Source of the DNA: Lama glama
Taxonomy: Eukaryota
Direction of reading: 5' to 3'
Assembly (NCBI GenBank): GCA_028534125.1
Contig: CM052816.1
Location: forward strand, 67,582,001-67,646,000
DNA: 64,000 nt
The position numbers were made by a program, and so were the translations under genes. This document shows, piece by piece, positions 26,629 through 37,950 of the stretch. The notes beneath the pieces are model-generated. The model did not search any database, had not been told where the DNA came from, and was given only the letters and a program-made list of their open reading frames with translations. Positions within the stretch are counted from its first letter, which is position 1, and each line of letters begins with the position of its first letter.

Positions 26629-28377
26629 TATAGTCAGTTGATTCTTGACAAAAGCGCCAAATGATTTTAATGAGGAAAGCTTTTCAGCAAATGGTGCTGG
26701 GACAACCATATATGTATAAGGAAAAAATTAATCTTGACCTTTACCTCACACTGTACATAAAAACTAATTCAAAATAAAGCATAGATCTAAATGTTAAAGT
26801 TAAAGCTATAACATATTTTGAATAAAGATATTGGAGAAAATCTTTGAAAACTTGGAGTAGGTGAAAATTACATAGGCTACAAGAAGTACCAACCATAAAA
26901 AAATGGATATGTTGGACTTCATTAAAATTAAAATCCTCTGTTCTTTAAGTATAAACGTAACCAAGAGAATAGCAGGGATCAGGGTGGAGAAGGCTTTGTG
27001 TACACCAAATCCTCGGTGGGTGAATTGCAGTGGCCAGGCAGTCAGGAAATGACAGTGACGGGGTGAAGGTTGTATGACTGAGTGCTAGGATTCTCAGAGA
27101 GTGGAGCACCTACTTCCTATCAGAAGAGCAAGAACATAGACCTCACCTGCTGACTCTGAGGCTTGTACAGCCTGAAAAGATGATGTCCTGGGGTGGGACA
27201 GGGAATCAAGGAGAGGAGGTAGATCCCAGTTAAGGCAGGTGGTGGATGGAAATGCCCAGGAAGTGATTAAGGCTGTAGGGATGTGTGGATCACAAAATAT
27301 AACTTCTGGGGACTTAGTAGGAGGGTTTGGGAAGAAAGTGAGACCGGGTAGGAAGAAGTATTGAGGAACAGAGGGCAGAAGAGACATGTTTTAGACCACA
27401 GCTGTAGGAAAACAAGGACTAAAGGCCAGGAAAATTTAGTCCTCTCATACTCCTAGAGCAGTCGCCTTCAAACTTTTTTGGTTGAATACACAAAATAATT
27501 TTGAAAAAGCCCTTTACTTTTTTTTTCTTTTATTTAAAACATACACACATTTTAAGTGTATGGCTCAGTGAATTTTTCCATAATTATACACTTATGTTAA
27601 CACCACCAAGGTCAAGATGTAGAAGATTTCCACACTTTAGCAGGCTCGCTTATGCTCCCTTTTTGATGATACCTGCCCTCTCTTGCCCATAGGTAACCTC
27701 TATTCTGGCTTCTATCACCCTCCTCTCACATTTTTAAGTTAACACGTAAATTTTTCTATTGTAAGTCTAAATAATTGCCAAGGATGTCTTTTCTGGTATG
27801 TCATATATTGTACCTTGGCCTGCAGATTTAGCCAATTTAGCTTATGAAAATATCTGCTATATAACTGAAGTGGCAAAGTCCGTCCTCATTGTCAAACCCA
27901 TTAGCCAGATTGAATTTTCAGTCAGAAAAAGTCTGACTTCATTTGTCACTTCATATAAACGTGTTCATATGTATCCCTGTGATCAATTTATCTTGCTTTT
28001 GATTTCTAATCCTAAGACATATAGATAGGTACATAAGGTACAGAGACTCGCCAGCAGTTTGTCACCTGTGTGAAACAAGGCACTGCTGCTTTACGATGCT
28101 CTTTTGCTTTGCACCCAGGGAAAGGTCTCATAGATGCTTCTCTCAGGAGAGAGACGCACACTCCAATTGTCCATTGTTGGGTGCCTTGGAAGTTTTTATA
28201 CCTGGGAATGTATATTTGGGATTTGGGAAAAGGGTCATGTGAAAGGGAGATGGGAAAGGAGAACTGGCAGACCATGGAAGACCAAATTTAGGAAAGAGTA
28301 CAAATGAAATTGAAAGTAATTAACCACTCAGCTTAGAACAGTCGGTGCCTGCTCACCACTGGGAAGTCCCTTTAGGG

Positions 28378-28600
28378 TGCGGTTTCTCAATCGTGGCACT
28401 GTTGACATTTTGGGTCCTTTTATTCTTTGTTTGGGGGGGGCTGTCTTGTGCATTGTAGGATATTTATCAACATCCTTGACCTCTGCTTACTAAATGCCAG
28501 TAGCAACCCCCTTACCTCAGTTGTGACATCCAAAAATATCTCCAGACATTGCTGAGTGTTCCCTGGGGGGCAAAATTGCTGCTGGTTGAAACCCAATGCC
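28378..28600. mobile_element. MER20 (hAT-Charlie) element
   Basis: ggtttctcaatcgtggcactgttgacattttgg...cattgtaggatatttatcaacatcc...tctccagacattgct...ccctggggggcaaaattgctgctggttgaaaccc. Confidence 0.88.
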
Positions 28601-30199
28601 CTGGCGTTACTTCAGTTTGAGGACTGCTGTCCTGGGAGACAGTAGCTTCACAGAACTTACCTACAATCTATACAAGGGTCCCATGGTTGCAGTGCGAGAA
28701 CCAGTTTTCTTCCTTTTTTGGTCTGCAGAAGTGAAACTGGAATCTCATTTCTCAATAATCTGGATGACAGCAGGAGCAGGGAGCCGAGGAGCATGGACCA
28801 AGTGGTCCTTCTTGCAGGGGTGAGCAGAGGGGGTGGGCAGTGGTTGTCACCCTTGCTTCTAGCCTTCAGCACTAGGGAGAGAGTGTGAACCATCTATAAA
28901 TGTGGTCTGATGACATCATTGGAGACACTGCTTAGAGACCCCAAGAAATAGCTGAGTAAAATTTTGGAAAGCTAGGGATCTTTTAACAACAGAGAAGGGC
29001 AAATGTTAGAAAAATTCTTTTTTTAATTTTTTACTCTTACACTGTTTTAAACCCCATTCAAGTGTGGTTTAGGGCAGTACTGCTCGAGGTGCAGATCCAT
29101 GAATAGTTTGTTACTGGTCTCTAACTAGAGAAGGGGTCTGTGCCAAGATACGAATCAACACACTGCTTCCTTCATTGAGAGTATCTTGCTATGAAAAAAT
29201 GTCAGCTGAATTTAGTGCTTAATGACTTTAGTGCATAGTGACAAAGTTTACTTACATTCTGGCTCCAGTTCCTTAACTTGTCACGGCAGCAGCCCACACT
29301 TAGAGTAGCTAGGAAAATGAACTAAGGGTCTTTAGAGGGTCAGGAAATCAATTTTGGGGACTTGGAACCTTTGTTAAAAAAATCTAATAAAATAGAAAGG
29401 TATCAGAGTACACGGTACTTAGAATAAGTATTGTTCAATGAAAGCTTTGTTTCAGTTATATATGTGTAAGTATATAAACACATATGTATACTAGGTCACA
29501 ATGTAAAAATGTATTCCTAACTGTGAATATTGGTCAGAAAAGTTTGTAAAGCAGTGATCTTGGGAAACCTGAAAGCACAGCTGTACTGATTCCAGGCGGG
29601 ATCGTGGCCCATTATGATTCCTGGATCTTTTTTAGTTACATATCAGCAGCAGATACTGCCAGTGTTTGACCCATATTCCTCAGTCTACCCTGGAGTCACC
29701 TTCGGACAGTACCTGTACACACTTGGTTCTTGCATCTCTCTGCCTCAGGATGTTCTCTGGCTGAGACAGTGGGCTTGGCCCTACTTAAGGAAGGGCAGGC
29801 CAAAAGTGCTCAGGAGTGAATGTCAGGAGTGAACTTCAGTGGGGATGGGAACTGGTGGATGAAATTCCAGCTTCCTCATTTTTCAGTGGGACAACTCTAA
29901 AGTATTGTTCATTGTTTCTAAGAGGGTTAGAACACAGACTGGAAAGAGGAAACTGAGGTTCAGATGAATTAAATGACGTCTCCAAGTTCACATGTGCTAA
30001 TAACATTTGAAGTCAGGGACATTTTATTCCAATGTCCACTATGCTGTAACTGTGTTATAGATATATTTTCCCCAGGGTACAGCCCCCTGACAATTATTGA
30101 CCTTCTAACAATTCCTCCAAGTTACCCTGTCTTGTTTTCTGGGCCAGTCCTTACCCCATGCCATTCATTTCACTTTATATCCTTCCCTTGAACTGCTCT

Positions 30200-30613
30200 A
30201 TATGAGAGGCACCAACTCCTGCAGGCTGCATTTCCCTGGTTCCCGTGTCAGCTGGCCTCATCCTGAGTTCAGGTAATGGGAGGCACTGGCAGGCAAGTGG
30301 AGAGGGGGAGAGAAAAGCCAGGGTTTTTGTCCCTCTCTCTCCAAAGCTATACCTTTACCTGTAGCTACTCAAGCATCCAATATCTCCATCTTCCCGCATT
30401 GACTGACCTCTGGGCTGTGGTAATGCTGATTCTTCCTTCTCTGTGCTAGAAGTGGCAGCTCTTTCTGCTTTTTTCAACCTCTGGATTTTTTCACAGTCTT
30501 CTGTTTGGCATCTCAGCATTTTCATGACCTGTGAAACCAATTCCTGGATTGATTTCCTTTGTTTTAAATCTTAGACATGGTTTCTGCTTTCCCAGTTGGA
30601 ACCAACTGATACA
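30200..30613 (+). mobile_element. ERVL-type LTR (LTR33/LTR16-like)
   Basis: ctgcatttccctggttcccgtgtcagctggcc...aatgggaggcactggcagg...tggtttctgctttcccagttggaaccaactgataca with terminal CA. Confidence 0.6.
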
Positions 30614-30954
30614 CTTCCTAATCTTACATTTCACAGACTGATGATGTGTCCTCTGATGAGCAACATACATCACAGAGGAGCATGTTAATTGATTAAATGA
30701 TATTCAGCTCAGAATCAGCCCCGAGATTTCTTGTCTGAGTTTGTCTGTTATTAACAGGGTCCTTTTTTTTCCTCTCCAGTCTCAGTTTCCAGATAGCAAG
30801 TATGCCAGTATTCTAGCCTGGATTCCTTAGAAAATAGACTCTGAGGCAAGGATTAAGAGATGATGCTTTTGGAAAGTGCAAAGCTAAGGCAGCAAGAGTG
30901 AGGAAAAAGGGAAGTTAAACAGGGAAGGATGGGAAGCAATGCAAAGTCTGTCTT

Positions 30955-31109
30955 TGTTTGTTTCTCCCTTTCTTTCTTTTGAGAGGGGGAGGTAATTAGG
31001 TTTATTTATTTATTTTTATTAATCTATTTTTAATGGAGGTCCTGGGGATTGAACCCAGGACCTCGTACATGCTAAGCATGCACTCTACCACTGAGCTGTA
31101 CTCTCCCTC
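30955..31109 (-). mobile_element. tRNA-derived camelid SINE (Vic-1-like), inserted in an older LTR-like sequence
   Basis: ggtaattaggtttatttatt...ggaggtcctggggattgaacccaggacctcgtacatgctaagcatgcactctaccactgagctgtactctccc. Confidence 0.88.
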
Positions 31110-31537
31110 GAAAGTCACTGTTTCTTGACAAAGCCACAGAAGACCTAGCAGGTCACTTAACAGGTACATTGGCTCAGCCACTGGATGTCTCAGGACAAGC
31201 TGATATGAAGAAAGAATGCCCCAGAGTCATTCATCCAATGGAAGGAGGAAGGGAAATTTAATTGCCTGGCACCTTCAGTTTCCCATGTCCCCGTTTGTCC
31301 AAGTTTGCCTCTTATGGAATTAAAACCTCCACATATCTAGCTTACAACATCTGACCCCCCCAGCAGTCACTCAAGGGGAAGCCAGAATCCGTGCTCTGCA
31401 GCTGGTTTATCGCCTGAGTGCAGAAGGGGCTGAAGAAGCCAGACACCAGCAGGAGCTGCCTGCACAGAATTGGCCATCTATGGTGGAGGCTGTAAGCTTG
31501 AGAGGCAGATTGGGTGGAAAGAACCTGAGGAGGTACA

Positions 31538-32320
31538 TATTATGGACTGAATCATTGCTCCCCCAAATTTGTGTGTTGAAGTCCCAATTCCCCAGTACCT
31601 CAGGTTATGACTCTATTTGGAGATAGGGCCTCTAAAGACATGATTAAGTTAAAATGAAGCTATTGGGTGGGCCTAATCCAATCTGACTGATGTCCTTATA
31701 ATAAGAGGAAATTTGGCCAGAGAAAGAGACACCTGGGATACATGTGCACAGAGGAAAGGCCATGTACAATGAGACGGCAAACCACCTGCAAACCAAGGAG
31801 AGAGAAACCAAACCTGCTGCCACCTTGGTCTTGGATTTCTAGCTCTAGAACTGTGAGAAAATAAATTTTTTTTTTACATGATCCTTGGAGAAATTTTATT
31901 ACAGCAAACTAAAAAAAAGCAAATATAAATTAGCAAACATTATTAATAATAGCTAAAAGAAAGTATTAAAGATACGTATTCAATATTTTACCATAAGAAA
32001 ATTATGCTGATTTATCAATAACATATAAAGGAGAAGGGAAATCAAACAATTTAAAAAACATAAAATACAAAAAGTTAGAAAATTCAGCAAATTCTATGTT
32101 TGTACTAGAAATTAAACACATGAAAAATAGAAATGACAGTTTTTCTAAAATAAAGCAGCCATTTATAAAATATTATACAAAATATTGAAGAGGGCATGGC
32201 AAAATAAGCGTTTTCTTATATCGCTGTTGTGATGTAAGTTGTGACAAACTGAGAAAATAAATTTCTGTTCAAGGCACCCAGCCTGTGATACTATGTTATT
32301 GTGGCCATAGCAAATTGACA
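31538..32320 (+). mobile_element. MLT1A/B/C-type MaLR LTR split by a later insertion at 31869-32249
   Basis: tattatggactgaat...tatttggagatagggcctctaaagacatgattaagttaaaatga...ctagaactgtgagaaaataaattt | insert | tgagaaaataaatttctgttcaaggcacccagcctgtgatactatgtt. Confidence 0.87.
31869..32249 (-). pseudogene. Retrocopy of an unidentified polyadenylated RNA 3' end (processed fragment or orphan transduction)
   Basis: 15-bp TSD tgagaaaataaattt (31854-31868 and 32250-32264), T10 tract at 31866-31875, and a minus-strand AATAAA (31895-31900) 19 nt from the tail. Confidence 0.75.
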
Positions 32321-34869
32321 TGGCACAAAAGATGTTTCTGATACAATCAATTCCTAAAATTCCTTCTTTCTATTGAGAGAAGTTCTCCCAAAGTATAAGC
32401 TTGTTCTTGTACAACTTTGACATGGTAGCTTTGGAGAGAAATCCACCCAGTGGTGGGGTGATTTCATTTGTGTGTAAATATAAACGTTGTGGTATAAGTA
32501 TTTCAAAAGTTGAAATACAAGTTATTGAGTGAGGAGAGCTATTTTGCAATGTAGATTTATAATGAATCTCCTTACAGATCCCAGCACAGTGAGATCATAT
32601 GTCCCTGCCTGTCCCAGATAGAAGGCCAGGCAGAGCTGATGTGGCCAGTATGGGGCTTGTGTGGACTAGGAAAAACTTGCCGTTATGGGTGAGTGGAGGT
32701 CTCAGTGAAAATGCTGAGTAAAAGCCTAAGAAGCATGTCCTAGTGAGTCATACAAGGGGCCCTGAGGGACGTTACTCTGGTGTGACATTAAGGAGAGTCA
32801 GGTATCTGGGGCAGAGGAGGGAGAAGGGGCCACAACAGGCAGAACAGGCGAGCAGGAGGGCTGCCTGACTGCACAGTGAAGTCAGAGGGCTGGTGGCTGT
32901 GACTGGGCTTCCTGGTACCTGTATCGCATGGGCAGGCCCAATCCAGCCAAAGGCCAGGGATGGAAATGGCTTGTAAATGGATTAATAAGTGAGTGACTGT
33001 TGCCTCTGTAGTACCCTTCCTAACAATGCATTAGGATAAATTACCTGTTATCATCATTATTGTATACCTTAGGTCATTTCTCTCCTAGGAAGTAGCTACT
33101 GTTGAACGAGATCCTAACGCATTCATTCAAAAATAATTCCTGAGTGAACATGCCAAGCAGTGTCATAGGCTAAATGTATGCAAGACGGGACTGAGTTGGA
33201 CATGGTCTCTGCTCTCTTGGCTTACCATCTTTTAAGTATTGCATAACTCAGATTATTTTCCTTAATGTATTATTTATTGTTACAATAAGTTGATCTGATA
33301 CATATTTTTCTTTTATCCAATTTCACAGATTATTCTAAAACTTGGTCCCTTAATTTAGCACTTTCCCCCCCCAAAAGAGATTGCTTAGTCTCATTTATAA
33401 TTATCAAGATTTCACTTAAATGCTATCTTTTTGGGGTTTTTTTGGTGGCTCTTGGTTTACTCATTAACATCTTAATAGGAAGAAAAGAGCTCAGGCTTTA
33501 AATTCAAGCAGACTTGGGTCCAAATTCAGCCCTATTACTTAAAAGCTGAGTAAGTTTGAATTTCTGTGAGCCTTAGTTTCTTTATCTATAAAGAGACAAT
33601 AGCCACCTCAAGGTGATGGAGGGGGTTATATGAAAAAATATATACTTAGTAGGTACTCAGTAAATGCTTATAATGTGGAATCACATTGTATTTACATTTA
33701 GTTGTGCAAACTGAATGAAGAAAAAGGAGGGAAAACTATTTAAATAGTATACTTTTTGATATTCCTGAAACATTTCATAATAATAATTTAAAAAGAAGTA
33801 GAACTGGAAAAAAAAGACTTAGGAAAGTACCATATTGAGAGCGGACATATAGCTCTCAAAAGTCTAATGGAGCCAATTTTTCTTCAGTATTGGATGATTC
33901 TTAAGTTAACATCAGATGAAGGAGTAAATACTATGGCTTGTATTTATAGGCCATGCTGTACCAAAAAAAAGAAAGAAAAAGGGAAAGAATATGTATAAAC
34001 ATCAAAATTATAATCAGGGTAGCAAGATGTTCACACTTTAAAAAAGCCAACCAAGAGTACAGAAGTTTCCAGTCTCCCATTTCAGGGTAAACCCAGAGTT
34101 TATTCACTGAAGGGAATGGAGAGCAATGTCACCGGCATTCCTTGAGCTGTGTATTCTTTCTTCAAGATAATTCATAAATCCATTAAATAAGTTTAGTTTT
34201 GCTAATTCTTGCCTTGGGAAGTGCTAATGTTCCTCCATCAAGAGAAATACCTGTTTATCCTTGCCCTGTGTGTTCCATCTCAAACCCAGTTCTCCAAACT
34301 GGTTGCCCCCAGTTACTTTTTGCTAAAATTCTGAAATTGCTGAGTTAAGATTTTTCAGAATTTTCTCTAGCTTCCATTCCAATACAGTACAACATACAAC
34401 TACAAAGGAATTGTCAGTACTTATGGTTGTTTTGTTCAACCTGTTTTGGTCAATCTTAGAGAATGAGTTTTTAAAAAAATAACTAGAGTTAAGAAGATAT
34501 AAGAAGGAATCTTCACAATATATTTTTAGACATACACATTGAAATAAAGGAAGTACAATAAGCTTTTACACTATTTTTAGTACATGTCTTGTTCAGCCAA
34601 TAAAGCTTATGGTTCCCCCTGGAAAAAAAATATTACTTAATGCTAGAATGACCTGTCATATATATACATTTTAGTTTAAGGTTAAGCATGGTGTGAGGAA
34701 TGAAGTATTTTTGTCCTTGTTGAGATTTTGCCATGTCAGACATACTCCGGAGTGTAGGTAGTGAGAGGGAGAACAGTTTTTATTTAATAACTTCTTTCTT
34801 CTCTCTCTTGACCAATGCCATAGAATGCATTGCTCTTGAAGGAGGATTCTGGAAAGAGCAAAATAAAGA

Positions 34870-36830
34870 ATTGGTAAGAAATACTAAAAGCTATTTAAAT
34901 TTAAGCAAGCATTTTCAGCTAATCTCAATACGCATTTGTAGGCCATGTCTTTGAGAGGAAATTGAAATGTTTTCAGAGACTTCCACATTTTTATGAACAC
35001 TAGATAAAGCCACAGGTAAAAATCCTTGTATGATTTTTATCTTATAATGTTTTTTCACTTCCTATTTAAAATGAAAGGCTAACTGCTAGATTGATTGTTT
35101 CTAGCAGCATATACCTTTCCCTGTTATCAAATACATAAGAAAAGTTGAATACAAATGAAATTAATGGAATATTTATTTTTAACTGATAATTCCTTTTTAT
35201 TCCCAAAGCAAATACCAAAGTTTAATCCATACATGTACCTATTTTTACAAAGAAATACAGTGACTTTTTATCATATTCCTTGTAATATAAATAACTTAAC
35301 AATTTTAACTACACATTACATTGAATGATATCAAACTAAGTAATGAGGAACTGCATATTGATTTGTCTTGGGTTTATAATTTATTATGAAATGAATAAAT
35401 TAGCTGTATTAGATCTTTTATCATTTTACTGTTGAATTGCCTGCTTTCAGTAATGTATCTTACAATAGCACATGGCTTGTAATTTATTTCTGAATGTTTT
35501 CTTTAACATGTTTCAAAATAAGATTTAACATGATCATTAGGATTGAAAAAATGAAGTCAGACTTTTTCTGAAAGAAAGCAAGTCTGACCTGGCACTTTGA
35601 TCTGACAAAGAAGACAGTCTTTGCTAGTTGGGTTATATGGCAGTCATTTTCCACAAGCTAAAAGGGGTAAATTCATAGCTCCAAGATTTTAACAAAAATA
35701 TATTTAAAATTTGTGACACAATAAAAATAAATACATCTTATTTAAAATACTGTATTGGGAAGAAAGTATTGAAATTAAGAATATTTCCGTTTGCCTCCCC
35801 TCTTTCTAAGTGTGTTGGGTTAAACAGGTGCTTCTAAATGAAAAAAATAATGGTTACAGTTAGTAGTCATTTGATAAGTTTTGGGAAAGTCTTTTCTGGT
35901 ATTATTCATCAAAATTAAAGTGATTATAGTGCAGGACTGTAAGGGCTGGGTAGCAAATCCTTTCGCAGGTCAGGTAACTTGATTTTTTACTTTCAGTAAA
36001 ATTGAAGATAATCAAAATATCAGTATAAGATCATTAAAAATGTTTAATAGAAGATCAAAACAAGATAAATTACTAAAGAGTTCAAAGAATTGAGTGATGA
36101 CTGAATAATAAAACCCTTCTATTCTCATCTTCGTATTGTATGAATATGGTTTCTCAGAGCTATACAAATAAACAATAAAAATATAATTGATGTTAAACTT
36201 ATTCTTATTCTACTATTACGGTAAATTCATCCACAGGTACATGAACTAATTTTTTTTAAGATCTCATTCATCTTATTAAGGAGATTGATTTCCAATGTAA
36301 TTTGTATTTCTGTTCAACAAGATTTAATCTATGTTGTAATCTATGTATGTTGTTTTTATCAATTGTGAATTAATAATAATTGTACTGATAATCTAGAGGA
36401 AAATTATTAAATTTTGAGAGTCAATTTATAGAGATATTTTTGTGGCAGAGAAAGATAGTAGGGTATCAACAAAAGACTTATAGGCATAAAGCATATTACA
36501 CAGGGATAAAATTCTTTGAAGGAAATAGAATGGGAATATGAGTTCAAGGAGAAAAAGAAATCATGTAAAATTTCCTATTAAAGAAGAAACCTTTTTAATA
36601 GAATGATGGACATACCAAATTGCTATGGTATTTAGATTCCATTGCATACATTTTATAGTGTTATATAATAGATTTATTATTAAATGACCACCATTACAAT
36701 ACGTTGGAAAGTATATCCTTTGCAACTATTTAAATTTATAATGAAAAAATCAGATGGCAGCTTGGATATGTAGAAAGGGATACAGTTACTCAAAATTCTT
36801 TTGAGAACATCCCTGAAATTTAAGGGGCAT
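34870..36830 (+). mobile_element. Decayed hAT (Charlie/Buster-type) transposon with transposase remnants
   Basis: From 35550: NEVRLFLKESKSDLAL*SDKEDSLC*LGYMAVIFHKLKGVNS*LQDFNKNIFKICDTIK; ~35945: WVANPF; ~36075-36250 with frameshifts: KEFKELSD...LLFSSSY.YEYGFSEL...KNIIDVKLILILLLR*IHPQVHEL (hAT dimerisation domain). Confidence 0.8.
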
Positions 36831-37357
36831 TACTAAGTTGTAAGATCTTACAGTTGGGGTGCCTTACAAAGGTATGTTAGCCTGATACGTTTGTCTTATA
36901 AGGACAGCCTTAACTCATAGGTCTGGTAGATTCTTATGTCTGTGGTCCAGGTTCATTTTTCCTTTGTAATGAACTGAGGGTTCACTCTTTCTTTTTATCT
37001 CTGTGAAAACTCTTTTCTTTTCTTCTTCTCCGTCTTCTTCTTTTAGTTACTGCATAGGCCATCTCCCTTCTGTTAACAATCTTTGTTTTGTTTAGGCAAA
37101 GCTTACCACAATGAATTAACCTTTTCAGAGAGCAGTCATCCATTCATTCTATCAAAAAATATTTGAGTTTCACACAAGAGAAGTGGATATATTTAGAAAA
37201 ATGCAATGGAGAGCTGAATTGTTGGTATGACAATCTTACCCAAATTCATAGTGAGAGGTAATGTTAAGAGGATGGTCCTCTCAAAGTCTGCAGATTGGAA
37301 GCTCACAGTTAACATGATTTATTTAATGTGATTTATTTGGTGTATTCAGCATTGAAC

Positions 37358-37950
37358 TTTTTTTAAACATTTTTTATTGAGTTATAATCATTTTACAATG
37401 TTGTGTCAAATTCCAGTGAAGAGCATAATTTTTCAGTTATACATGAACATATATATATTCATTGTCACACACTTTTTTCTCTGTGAGCTGCCATAAGATC
37501 TTGTATATATTTCCCTGTGCTATACATTATAATCTTGTTTATCTATTCTACATTTTGAAATCCCAATCTGTCCCTTCCCACACCCTGCCCCACTGGCAAC
37601 CACAAGTTTGTATTCTGTGTCTATGAGTCTGTTTCTGATTTGTATTTATGTTTTGTTTTGTTTTGTTTTGTTTTTTTAGATTCCACATATGAGCGATCTC
37701 ATATGGTATTTTTCTTTCTCTTTCTGGCTTACTTCACTTAAATGACATTCTCTAGGAACATCCATGTTGCTGCAAATGGCGTTATGTTGTCAGTTTTTGT
37801 GGCTGAATAGTATTCCATTGTATAAATATACCACATCTTCTTTATCCAGTCATCTGTTGATGGACATTTAGGCTGTCTCCATGTCTTGGCTATTGTAAAT
37901 AGTGCTGCTATGAACATTGGGGTGCAGGTGTCATCCTGAAGTAGGGTTGA
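37358..37950 (-). mobile_element. Young lineage-specific LINE-1 3' end
   Basis: ORF 37738-37977(-) gives the L1 ORF2 C-terminus ([42 protein letters not shown]), followed by 3'UTR and A tail. Confidence 0.95.

Larger units (their letters stand above)
24560..26950 (+). mobile_element. Old LINE-1 ORF2 fragment with nested MLT1 and MER2 insertions
   Basis: Sense L1 ORF2 motifs (aaaattcaacactcatggtaaa, ggaagtcctagc, gttcagcaaagttgtaggatacaaagtcaatat, ctacctgatttcaagacttattat, tcagcaaatggtgctgggacaac). Confidence 0.88.
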
